Source: Methanobacteriota archaeon (GTDB taxonomy: Archaea; Thermoplasmatota; Thermoplasmata; SG8-5; JAGLSY01). Taken from it: a stretch of DNA of 64,000 nucleotides. Positions within the stretch are counted from its first letter, which is position 1. The number at the start of each line of letters is the position of its first letter. This document shows positions 16,727-26,293 of this stretch, piece by piece. The DNA lies in the NCBI GenBank assembly GCA_020697715.1, contig JAEHCO010000002.1:32001-96000 (forward strand), written 5' to 3'. Below the pieces are notes generated by a model, which saw only the letters and a program-made list of their open reading frames with translations, had not been told where the DNA came from and searched no databases. A program made the position numbers and the translations under genes.

Positions 16727-17749
16727 TCAATATCGGGTATATTCCAGACCAAGAGGCGGGCATATTACCCCGGCTCCCTCTACCACGGTCCCGACCACTT
16801 GCGCATCACAATCTGGCTTCAGGCTTTTTATGATATCATCTGCCTGGTCTGGAGATGCGATGATAGTGTAACCCATTCCCATATTGAAGGTCTGGTACAT
16901 CTCTTCAATGCTTATATTGCCCAGTTCGGCCAACAGATCGAATATCGGATTTGGCTTAATGGGGTCGGATATCTCGAATCCCACACCTTCTTTCAGGCGT
17001 ATGTAATTCCTTAATCCGCCGCCGGTGATGTTCGCCATCCCATGTATGTCGAATTCCTTGATGATCCTCATGATCTCACGAACATACATCTTCGTGGGCT
17101 CGAGTAATTCAAGACCGATACTTTGCTCCAGTCTTTCGAAATTCTCATCATAGGGTATCTGATTAACTTCCAGCACCTTTCTGGCAAGTGTCAATCCATT
17201 GCAATGCACACCTGTACTTTTCATGCCTATTATGACATCGCCTACGACGATGTCCTGTCCTGTGATTATCTCATCTCTTTTGACCCATCCAAGGCATGTG
17301 CCTCCAAAGTCGAAGGAATTCACCAGCTCGGGAACCACAGCGATCTCACCTCCAACTATGGATAGGTTCGCTTGCTTTGCTCCTGTTTCCAATCCAATAC
17401 CTAATTGGCGGCTTATCTCCTCTTCTGGCACGTCGATGGAAATGAAATCAACAAAAGATAGCGGCTCCGCGCCAAGGCAGATCATGTCATTGGCACTCAT
17501 GGCGATACAATCTATTCCCAGCGTGTCCCATTTTTGGCATTCATTGGCAACCAATAGCTTTGTTCCAACAGTGTCCGTCGATAGTGCAAGGGCATAGGGC
17601 CCGAATTCCACCAGGCCGGCATATCCGCCAGGCAATTTGATCTTCTTTCCAAATCCTTCTCTGTCATAGCCAAGGGTTTTGACCAGTGCTTCTATCGCAT
17701 CTGATTTCTTGTCTATGTCCACTCCGGCATCTGAGTAGGTGAGTTTCAT
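16727..17749 (-). CDS. purM: AIR synthase
   Basis: TYSDAGVDI, TDTVGTK, GGEIA, ITGGG, TFNMGMG. Confidence 0.96.
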   Translation of the reverse strand: MKLTYSDAGVDIDKKSDAIEALVKTLGYDREGFGKKIKLPGGYAGLVEFGPYALALSTDTVGTKLLVANECQKWDTLGIDCIAMSANDMICLGAEPLSFVDFISIDVPEEEISRQLGIGLETGAKQANLSIVGGEIAVVPELVNSFDFGGTCLGWVKRDEIITGQDIVVGDVIIGMKSTGVHCNGLTLARKVLEVNQIPYDENFERLEQSIGLELLEPTKMYVREIMRIIKEFDIHGMANITGGGLRNYIRLKEGVGFEISDPIKPNPIFDLLAELGNISIEEMYQTFNMGMGYTIIASPDQADDIIKSLKPDCDAQVVGTVVEGAGVICPPLGLEYTRY

Positions 17750-17884
17750 ATTATCAGACCCCTGATTACACTAACCGATAAATATATTTGTTTGTAGCCG
17801 TATGAGGATTTTAATTCATTTACTAAGTAAATGCGATATGATAGATCCTAAATTTCTTTGATATTTTATGAAAAATAATAGGAG

Positions 17885-17907
17885 CTAACACAGGTTTCCT
17901 GTGTTAG
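17885..17907. promoter_or_regulatory. Perfect 10-bp inverted repeat upstream of a TATA box
   Basis: CTAACACAGG-TTT-CCTGTGTTAG about 20 bp 5' of ATTATATATAAG. Confidence 0.5.
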
Positions 17908-18031
17908 AAATGTATTTTTTGCCAAGTAATTATATATAAGTTATTTATACAACTTACATATTGACGCATTTAGCATTGTTAATATTATGCTAATATTGCA
18001 ATTTGGGGATGGGACTCTATATCAGAGGTGA

Positions 18032-21000
18032 TTGGGGGAAATGGGAAGCAAAAAAGATGTAATCAATCAATTAACACAGGTTCCTGGCATTGGTCGAGCG
18101 AGAGCTCGGGTCATGTACGATAATGGGATCATGAGCCTGGACGATCTTAGATCCTTCACTGCTTCCGAACTTTCATCCAAGATCTCAAGTATTCCTATAG
18201 ATGCCGCAGAGGAAATTGTGAAATATATCAATGATCTTTTTTCAGATGAGCTGGATGAATTGGGTGAATTATCTGAAGCTGAAGAGGATTTCATATTCAG
18301 TGATACGGAAATAACTTCGATAGATGAAAACGCGATATCCGATCTTGAAGAAGATGTACTTGATGACATTCTTGGAGAGTTCATGGGGGATGATCTCGTT
18401 GAAGATACTGGCATTGACATAAGTGATGACCTGATCGACTCTCTTGATGAGATGATATTTGATGAGAGCGAGGAAAAACCAGACCATCCAATTGGACATG
18501 AAGATATCGATGATGTGATCCTGTCAGAGGAGACCGTGGTCTTCGATCTTGACGGTGATGATATAACCCTCATATTGGAAGAACTGGATGACATTACTGA
18601 TGAAGGTTTAGATGACCAATCGATAAGTGATGTGGATCTTGATCTTGAATCTGATGATAAACCTGATGATGCCCCAATAAGCGAAGGCGATCCAGATATT
18701 CTTCCTGTCAGTGATGATGCCGAGTCTGATGAGGATTATTACGGGGTCGATATCAGTGATGATCTAATGGGTGATCTTGATGATCTGATGGGCGACACAT
18801 CTTCGTCAGAACCCGATCGGGAGTCCGAAGATGTGACAGATGTCCCAGATGAAGAATTCTCAAGTCTCTCTCCTGTAGACGACATTGAAGAAGATGAACT
18901 GACCTCCATTCTGGATGACCTTGATGAATTCCAACTGGATGATGGTGATATCGGAGATGATGAACTATCATTCTCACTTGGCATGGATATCAGCGAGGAT
19001 CTGATAGATGCACTTGATGAGATGATCGAGCCATCTTCAACTGATGAACAAGTTGAAGAGATCGACCCTGCCCCCTCCTCCCCAGATGATGACATATATT
19101 TGATGAAGCCAACCATCTTGGATGAAGAAAGTGATGAGCTGGTAGACCTGCTTGATGACCTGTCTTTAGATTCCCTTGATGAGGATGCACTTGAAGATCA
19201 GGAAGTTCCGATAGATCATATCGTGGAGGCTGATCTTGCAGATGAAGAATTACTGGATATCAGTGATGAGATCTTCAGTGATCTTGATGACCTGTTGAGT
19301 GGTGATGCTCTTGACGATGACGACGATGATGATGACTGGGATCTCGGAACTATTGGAGGGGATTCTGATCCAGGGTTCGATATTACGGAAGATGAAGATA
19401 CCATAGAGGATCTTGAATTGAGTTCCAGTGTGGACGATACTCTTGAAGACGATTTCCAGATATCCGCACCTATTATCACCCATGTGGATGATATTGAAGA
19501 TCTCGATGATGATCTCGCCAAAGACCTTGAAGATCTAAGTGAAGAACTGACCGCGTTCTCAGATCAAGAAGAAGAGCCCAATATCTGCGAACAATGCGGC
19601 GAGACCATTTATGATGATGTGTCCAAATGCCCCTCTTGCCATGATAAGGTCAAAGAAGAGAAAGGCCTGATCAATAGAGGCTTTGTACACGGGGCGATGA
19701 GTGGCCGTGGTCGTGTAACTGGCCTGGTGAATGGCATTGACAAGGTGGAAGGCCGTATCAATGGTATGATCAATGGTACTGGCAAGATCAATGGTATGAT
19801 CAATGGTGTCGGTAGCATCAGTGGAAAGGTCAATGGTCTGGAAGATGGAAAGGCCAGGATAACTGGCAAGATCAATGGAGTAAGAGAATTCGATGGATAT
19901 GTGAACGGCCTTACAAATGGAAAAGGCCGTGTCAATGGCATGGTCAATGGAATGATCAATGGCATGGTCAATGGTCGTGTCAATGGTCTTACAAATGGTA
20001 GGAGGACTGGCCGCGTCAATGGTATGGTCAATGGACAGGGTCGTGTTTACACCACATTCCAGCCAACCATGCCCGAGGTCGGCGTCCCTTCAATAGGTTA
20101 TCCACGAGAGGTCAAGCGAAGGCAATTGCTCAAGAAACTCGTTCTTATGGCATCTGTGATAATGTTGATCTCCACTCTACTGGGGGTGACGTACGACCCT
20201 GCAGGAACCCAGGATGTATTAGATATCCAAATAGATGGAGATTTCGCAGACTGGGATGATTATCAGATAATGACATTCGAAGCAGAGGAAGCGGATTTCA
20301 ATCCCAATGTGGACATTGTCCGATGTGGTGCCGAGGATAATGGAGAAATGTACCTGGCACTGTATCTCGGGGTCAGTGGAAACATGATGGGTGGTGAACC
20401 TGTAGCTTCAAGTGCCCTTCAGGACACGTTCTACATATTCATTGACAGCGACAATAGCGATTCAACAGGCTATAAGATATCTGGCATGGGGGCTGATCAT
20501 ATGCTCATGGTCTCTGGATGGAGTGGAAGAGTATTGTCTTCGGTCCTTCATGACTATGTGCCCCTGAATGATGACCAGTCTCTGGATGATGGTCTGAATT
20601 GGAATTATTTCAGACCCGGCCCTACCATTTATTCTGGTGTGAATGCTGATGAACTGGAAGTGCAGATCGGCTGGGAGCTCTTTGGACTTTATGAACCAGC
20701 TCCTGTGGATATACTGATAACCTCACGCAGTTGGGATGGGTACGAGGACAGTGTGGATCATATAATGAGCATAGAAAAGAGCGCTCTGAAGCTCACCCAG
20801 CAGGGTACAGCACCCGTGACAATAGTGTCCTCAAGCCAACATTTCCTTCAATTGGATGCAATGTCCTTCGGAGGAGACTCCCATACAATAGAGAGCATGA
20901 CGGTGGAACTCGAAGGTACTATGCCTTTGGGAGATGTTCAGAGATGCTTCATTGCCGATGGGAACGGCAATGTCCTATTCGAGACCACGGACATCCAGAA

Positions 21001-23122
21001 TGGAAGGGCAACTATCTCGATGAACCATCAGGTGACAGGAGTCCAAACACTCTATGTAGGAGCGGATATTAGCCTATCCGCCCATCCGGGCAGCACATTG
21101 AGATTGAGACTCGATGATGCTTCCAGTATCCCCGTGAACAGTGGGACCATGACATTGGACACAGACCCTTCAGTATTCTCATATTCCTATATCTGGGTAT
21201 CACCATCCCAGATAACAATGGATGGTGGTTTTTCAGACTGGCATGATGTAGGTGCTGATGCGAATGACGATGCAAGCACAAATGGAAATAATGACATCGA
21301 TGTCAGGAACTTCGCCGCGGCCTATGATGGTAGCCAGCTCGCGGTGTTCATCGATGTGGATGGCCAAATGCTTGGAGGCGAGACCATACCTCATATGAAC
21401 TATGCCCTTGCCAATGTCCCTGACCCCGGGAGCCCGCCAGTTGCTATCATCGTGGACTCGGATCGTGATGGTATACCCGATAGGAATGAATCTGGCTATG
21501 AATTTGATTTTGATAATGACGGTGTCCAAGATTCCTTGGATGATGATGATGATAATGACGGATTAACCGACTATAACAATGGCGGAACAGATGTATGGCT
21601 GAACAATACCATAACCAAGGCATCGGTATATATTGGTCCTCAAGAGGGCACTCTACCAAGGACAACTGGTGATGATGTCACGGAGATATTCATCGATTCG
21701 GATAATGATACAGGTACGGGAATGTCCATTGGTGGTATTGGAGCGGACTGGCTGATGCAAATATCTGGTAAGAACTGCCTTATCACCAATAATTCATTAT
21801 ATGTCTGGATGGAAGCTGCCAATAGGTGGTCCTATTCCCCATCCGACCTTGGTAGCGCGTATATAGATTCAACAAATATGGAATTGTCCATGGATCTTAA
21901 CACGTCCGCTGATATCAGATTGTATTTCAGAACATCGGATTGGTCAGATGGGCACGATACTCCAGATACATATTTTGATACTACAACGCAGAGCATACTT
22001 GGTACGAGAGGAGGCCCTGAATCACCTATTACCTTCGCGACCTGGGATATAGACACTATAGATGGTACCGCATCAGGAGATAATGTTGGTGAATACTGCT
22101 CAGTCGTTCTGGATTCCAGTGGATACCCGCACATCAGCTACTATAACTATACCTCAATGTCCAATGGCGACCTCAAATACGCAAAATGGACAGGAAGTGC
22201 CTGGACCATAGAGACAGTGGACAGCATGAACGATGTCGGCACGTACACTTCCATAGCACTTGATGGAAGTGGCAACCCTCACATTAGCTACTACAATGTG
22301 TCCAGTGGTGATCTGAAACATGCGAAAAGGATCAGCGGATCATGGACCAATGAGACGGTCGATGGGTCAGCTGGTGACAATGTAGGCACTTTCTCCTCGA
22401 TCGGCATTGACAGCAGTGGCAATATCCACATCAGCTATTACAACCAATCTGGTGGTGATCTGAAATATGCCAAGTATTCTGGTAGCAGCTGGAGCATCCA
22501 GACCCTTGATAAGATGAGCAATGTGGGAAAATACACATCACTTGAATTGGATGGAAGTGGCTATCCTCACATCAGCTATTATAATGTGACTGGCCAGGAT
22601 CTCATGTATGCCAAATACAGTGGAAGTGCCTGGAGCAATGAAACTGTGGATTCAGGAACTGAAATGGGCATGTTCTCTTCACTGGCCCTAGATTCCAATG
22701 GTTATGCTCACATAAGCTACATCGGGGATGTCTCATTGAAATATGCCAAGTGGACTGGCAGTAGCTGGAGCATTGCCACCGTGGACAGCGCCTCTATCTG
22801 GCCCCTATATTCGAGCATAGCCCTGGATTCTGATGAATATCCTCATATCGCCTATTCAGACACTGCGATGATGAATTTGAAATATGCTGTGTGGGATGGA
22901 AGCTCATGGAGTACGGAGAACGTAGAATCTGCAATGACGATGACAGAATCGATATTCATTGTCATCGACTCCAGTGACAGCCCAGTAATATATTATGTGG
23001 ATGAATCCGGAGGCTATCTCAAAGAGGCTGAGATATTGAATGCTCCGGAATTCCATTCGATAATACCCATTCTGGTCATGTTATGTGTTCCATTGATACT
23101 GAGAAAAAAGAATATCATTTGA
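18032..23122 (+). CDS. 1696-aa multidomain transmembrane/surface protein
   Basis: HhH (VPGIG), acidic region, CxxC-x10-CxxC, NG repeats, TM, two IDG.F.DW-like domains, DxDxDG repeats, propeller repeats, PEF-TM-RKK tail; start may be ATG 18041. Confidence 0.9.
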   Translation: MGEMGSKKDVINQLTQVPGIGRARARVMYDNGIMSLDDLRSFTASELSSKISSIPIDAAEEIVKYINDLFSDELDELGELSEAEEDFIFSDTEITSIDENAISDLEEDVLDDILGEFMGDDLVEDTGIDISDDLIDSLDEMIFDESEEKPDHPIGHEDIDDVILSEETVVFDLDGDDITLILEELDDITDEGLDDQSISDVDLDLESDDKPDDAPISEGDPDILPVSDDAESDEDYYGVDISDDLMGDLDDLMGDTSSSEPDRESEDVTDVPDEEFSSLSPVDDIEEDELTSILDDLDEFQLDDGDIGDDELSFSLGMDISEDLIDALDEMIEPSSTDEQVEEIDPAPSSPDDDIYLMKPTILDEESDELVDLLDDLSLDSLDEDALEDQEVPIDHIVEADLADEELLDISDEIFSDLDDLLSGDALDDDDDDDDWDLGTIGGDSDPGFDITEDEDTIEDLELSSSVDDTLEDDFQISAPIITHVDDIEDLDDDLAKDLEDLSEELTAFSDQEEEPNICEQCGETIYDDVSKCPSCHDKVKEEKGLINRGFVHGAMSGRGRVTGLVNGIDKVEGRINGMINGTGKINGMINGVGSISGKVNGLEDGKARITGKINGVREFDGYVNGLTNGKGRVNGMVNGMINGMVNGRVNGLTNGRRTGRVNGMVNGQGRVYTTFQPTMPEVGVPSIGYPREVKRRQLLKKLVLMASVIMLISTLLGVTYDPAGTQDVLDIQIDGDFADWDDYQIMTFEAEEADFNPNVDIVRCGAEDNGEMYLALYLGVSGNMMGGEPVASSALQDTFYIFIDSDNSDSTGYKISGMGADHMLMVSGWSGRVLSSVLHDYVPLNDDQSLDDGLNWNYFRPGPTIYSGVNADELEVQIGWELFGLYEPAPVDILITSRSWDGYEDSVDHIMSIEKSALKLTQQGTAPVTIVSSSQHFLQLDAMSFGGDSHTIESMTVELEGTMPLGDVQRCFIADGNGNVLFETTDIQNGRATISMNHQVTGVQTLYVGADISLSAHPGSTLRLRLDDASSIPVNSGTMTLDTDPSVFSYSYIWVSPSQITMDGGFSDWHDVGADANDDASTNGNNDIDVRNFAAAYDGSQLAVFIDVDGQMLGGETIPHMNYALANVPDPGSPPVAIIVDSDRDGIPDRNESGYEFDFDNDGVQDSLDDDDDNDGLTDYNNGGTDVWLNNTITKASVYIGPQEGTLPRTTGDDVTEIFIDSDNDTGTGMSIGGIGADWLMQISGKNCLITNNSLYVWMEAANRWSYSPSDLGSAYIDSTNMELSMDLNTSADIRLYFRTSDWSDGHDTPDTYFDTTTQSILGTRGGPESPITFATWDIDTIDGTASGDNVGEYCSVVLDSSGYPHISYYNYTSMSNGDLKYAKWTGSAWTIETVDSMNDVGTYTSIALDGSGNPHISYYNVSSGDLKHAKRISGSWTNETVDGSAGDNVGTFSSIGIDSSGNIHISYYNQSGGDLKYAKYSGSSWSIQTLDKMSNVGKYTSLELDGSGYPHISYYNVTGQDLMYAKYSGSAWSNETVDSGTEMGMFSSLALDSNGYAHISYIGDVSLKYAKWTGSSWSIATVDSASIWPLYSSIALDSDEYPHIAYSDTAMMNLKYAVWDGSSWSTENVESAMTMTESIFIVIDSSDSPVIYYVDESGGYLKEAEILNAPEFHSIIPILVMLCVPLILRKKNII

Positions 23123-23220
23123 ACGCATTTGAATGATTAATTATAATGATTTAATAGTATCAATTATTTATTATTCTATTTTATTATTCTATTATATATG
23201 GATAATATCTATTCTTTATA

Positions 23221-23260
23221 ATATAGTATAATATAGTATAATATAGCATAATATAGCATA
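23221..23260. repeat. 10-bp tandem repeat (ATATAGYATA)x4
   Basis: Read directly from the sequence. Confidence 0.85.
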
Positions 23261-23321
23261 ATAAAGACATTATCATGAATATTAACAGAATCATATTTGT
23301 ATCATATTCATATACTGTAGC

Positions 23322-23909
23322 ATGGACCTCACAAAAAAGAATGGTCACATAGCCAGAAGAGTATTCCACTTATTTGCTCCTTTTGTCTTTATTTATTATC
23401 TATTTCCCGAGGATTTCTTTGGCTTTGGGAGGCAGAATATCCTCATCATTGTATTTGTTCTTATAATGATCCACGAGGCCAACCGTCTCAGGAGAAAAAA
23501 AGTATATTTCGGCATGAGGGAATATGAAGCAAACCAATTGTCTGCTTATGGATGGGCTTCCATAGGCGTCTTCATCGCCTTCATGTTCTTCCCATTGCTC
23601 TTTGTGATCCCCGCAATAACAGGTATTGGCTGGACCGATCCTCTTATTGGTGAGATGAAAAGACGGAATATGAAAGGCTACCCATATATTCCGCTACTTG
23701 TTTACTTCCTCATCACTTTCTTCAGCTTTCTGCTTTTCTCCGAGCCTCTTGGATATGATATGGCCGTATCTACGATGGCGCTTCTCGCCATCGTCGGAGC
23801 TATTGTGGCTATAGCTGTGGAGAAGCCCAGTGTGAAATATGTGGATGATGATTTTCTCATGATGGTGGTTCCATTGTTCGTCATATATTTCCTTTATCTG
23901 GTCATCTGA
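23322..23909 (+). CDS. Dolichol/phytol kinase-like membrane protein
   Basis: RRVFH, MREYE, DPLIG, VDDDFL with multiple TMs. Confidence 0.8.
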   Translation: MDLTKKNGHIARRVFHLFAPFVFIYYLFPEDFFGFGRQNILIIVFVLIMIHEANRLRRKKVYFGMREYEANQLSAYGWASIGVFIAFMFFPLLFVIPAITGIGWTDPLIGEMKRRNMKGYPYIPLLVYFLITFFSFLLFSEPLGYDMAVSTMALLAIVGAIVAIAVEKPSVKYVDDDFLMMVVPLFVIYFLYLVI

Positions 23910-24007
23910 GATATCATGATATTATAATGAGAGATATTGATCAATTTTGTGTGAAAATAGAGAAACCTTTATAGGACATAATCATATTATCTGTAATAGG
24001 TGAATAC

Positions 24008-24241
24008 ATGGCTGTAGGTTTTGTTCTAATATCCACGGCTCCAGCAAAGGAGCATGAAGTGTACAATGAACTAGTAAAGGTCAAAGAGATAGTCGAACTC
24101 CATCCTTTATTTGGAGAATACGATCTCATTGCCAAGATCCAAGCAGATGATTTCAATGTGCTTGGCCAGGTTGTTGTAGATAGGATAAGGAGCATCCCAG
24201 GAGTCATTGACACCAAGACATTAACCGGAATTAAATTCTGA
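24008..24241 (+). CDS. Lrp/AsnC ligand-binding (RAM) domain protein
   Basis: GEYDLIAKI...IRSIPGVIDTKT; no HTH. Confidence 0.92.
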   Translation: MAVGFVLISTAPAKEHEVYNELVKVKEIVELHPLFGEYDLIAKIQADDFNVLGQVVVDRIRSIPGVIDTKTLTGIKF

Positions 24242-24242
24242 G

Positions 24243-24575
24243 GTGAATGGGATGGATATCAATTTAGAGCAGTTCGCGACAGTATTCATGTTGACATTTG
24301 CATTGTTTCTTGCAGTTGCAGGTGTTTTCACGAGCTATTTTGGAAGTGGAAAGAGCAGGAAAATAGGCTTCGGACTTATGATCGGCGGTCTTGTACTTGG
24401 AATTCTATGGGTTATTTTGACATCATGGAATCCGATAATTGAGGGTGCGCCCATGGTCGATATTGGAATGAGCCTCCAGGACTTGATAACACAGTCTATT
24501 CTTGTGATCGCTGCAGCGGCCATCGGTGCCCTGGCAGCTGTTGGAATATTCTTACTTTCCATCATGAAATCCTAG
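24243..24575 (+). CDS. Small three-TM membrane protein
   Basis: GVFTSYFGSGKSRKIG loop; start may be a few codons downstream. Confidence 0.8.
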   Translation: MNGMDINLEQFATVFMLTFALFLAVAGVFTSYFGSGKSRKIGFGLMIGGLVLGILWVILTSWNPIIEGAPMVDIGMSLQDLITQSILVIAAAAIGALAAVGIFLLSIMKS

Positions 24576-24769
24576 TTGAGCTGGATGTTCCAGTTGCCGG
24601 GATTTATTTGATATTTGTAGAAGCATAGCTTAAGATATAGCTCTGCTTTTATCATTTCAATTTCTATCAACTCCTATCAATTAAATAAGTGCATTTTCTT
24701 CATATTGCTCATATTGTTCAGATAATTCAAACCCAACATTTATCATATTCCTATCATTTCACCCTCTCA

Positions 24770-25240
24770 ATGACAGTAGATGTTATGATAATAATGGGCA
24801 GCAAGAGTGACGAGCCAGTGGGTAAGAAGGCCACTGCCGTCCTGAAGGATCTGGGTATTCCCCATAAACTCACTGTGGCTTCAGCCCACAGAACACCGAA
24901 ATTGGTGGCAGACCTTGTGGAGAACACAGAAGCGAAGGTCTTCATAACCATCGCGGGATTGGCGGCCGCATTGCCAGGTGCTGTGGCGGCTCATACTATT
25001 AAGCCGGTCATCGGAGTGCCTGTAAGTGGCAAGGTGAACCTCGATTCCATATTAGCTATAGTACAAATGCCTCCAGGAATTCCTGTTGGCGGAGTTGGAC
25101 TTGACCGCGGGGACAATGCGGCTTTACTGGCTGCGGAGATACTCGCATTATCCGATCCTGAATTGGCGCAAAAGCTGAAGGACCACCGTACCGCGCAAGA
25201 GAAGAAAGTAAGGTCCGATGCACAATCATACGAGGAGTAG
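24770..25240 (+). CDS. purE: N5-CAIR mutase
   Basis: IMGSKSD, SAHRTP, AGLAAALPG, QMPPGIPV. Confidence 0.97.
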   Translation: MTVDVMIIMGSKSDEPVGKKATAVLKDLGIPHKLTVASAHRTPKLVADLVENTEAKVFITIAGLAAALPGAVAAHTIKPVIGVPVSGKVNLDSILAIVQMPPGIPVGGVGLDRGDNAALLAAEILALSDPELAQKLKDHRTAQEKKVRSDAQSYEE

Positions 25241-26194
25241 ATGTATATGTTCGACCCGGAGAAGTTCGTCAATGAATCAATAGAAAAGCTGAAGGCCGAG
25301 ATCGATGGCACTGCCATTATCGCCTGCTCTGGTGGTGTGGACAGCACCGTGGCCGCGGTACTTGTTGCGCGGGCCATTGGTGATCGATTATATGGTGTGC
25401 ATGTTGACACTGGCTACATGAGGAAGAATGAATCCAAAGAAGTCGCTGAACTTCTGCGCAACATGGGAGTCAACCTTCAAGTGGACGAAGCAGCCGAGGA
25501 ATTTTCCAAAGAATTGAAGGGCGCTGTCGAGCCAGAGGCCAAAAGGAAGGCTATTGGTCACACTTTCATTCGCATATTTGATAGATATGCGAAGGACATC
25601 GAAGCCAAATACTTGGTACAGGGAACCATCGCACCGGACTGGATAGAGAGCGGCGGCGACCTTCGGGATGTTATAAAATCCCATCACAATGTCGGCGCAT
25701 TGCCGGATGATATGGACCTGAAGCTCGTGGAGCCGCTCAGGGATCTTTACAAGGACGAGGTAAGAAAGCTGGGGCGATACCTCGGCATATCGATAGCGGA
25801 GAAACAGCCATTCCCAGGACCTGGTCTCGCGATAAGGATAATCGGTGAGCCCACGCTTGAAAAGGCGGATATCGTCAGGGAAGCGTGCTTTATCGTGGAG
25901 GAGGAACTCGAGTTGGCAGCAAGCGAGGGTAAGATGGAATTGCCATGGCAGTATTTTGCAGTTCTGACGCCTGTCCAGACAGTTGGAGTTCAGGGCGATG
26001 TTCGAGCCTATGGTTACACGGTTTGTGTCAGGGCGGTCCAATCAATAGACGGCATGACGGCCGCGTACTCCAAGATACCTCATGAGGTGCTGGAGAAGAT
26101 ATCCATCAGGATCACGAATTCAATGCCAGGCAAGATAAACCGCGTTGTTTATGATATTACGAACAAGCCACCTGGAACCATCGAGTGGGAATAG
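25241..26194 (+). CDS. guaAB: GMP synthase subunit B (ATP pyrophosphatase)
   Basis: SGGVDS, IKSHHNVG, PFPGPGL, KPPGTIEWE; no glutaminase domain. Confidence 0.96.
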   Translation: MYMFDPEKFVNESIEKLKAEIDGTAIIACSGGVDSTVAAVLVARAIGDRLYGVHVDTGYMRKNESKEVAELLRNMGVNLQVDEAAEEFSKELKGAVEPEAKRKAIGHTFIRIFDRYAKDIEAKYLVQGTIAPDWIESGGDLRDVIKSHHNVGALPDDMDLKLVEPLRDLYKDEVRKLGRYLGISIAEKQPFPGPGLAIRIIGEPTLEKADIVREACFIVEEELELAASEGKMELPWQYFAVLTPVQTVGVQGDVRAYGYTVCVRAVQSIDGMTAAYSKIPHEVLEKISIRITNSMPGKINRVVYDITNKPPGTIEWE

Positions 26195-26293
26195 ACAATA
26201 CCTATCCGACCTCCCAAAATTTAATTACGCGGTCTTCCATCCCATCCAGAGGGTGACCTTCAGAGGGTTCTCCTTCCTTGAGAGGATGAGCAT

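Noticed and set aside
18067-20031. Ser-rich and PLT-repeat antisense ORFs
   Set aside because: Mirror translations of the acidic and NG tracts of the giant gene.
23184-23369. 61-aa hydrophobic ORF
   Set aside because: Arises from the AT-rich tandem repeat and overlaps the kinase gene start.
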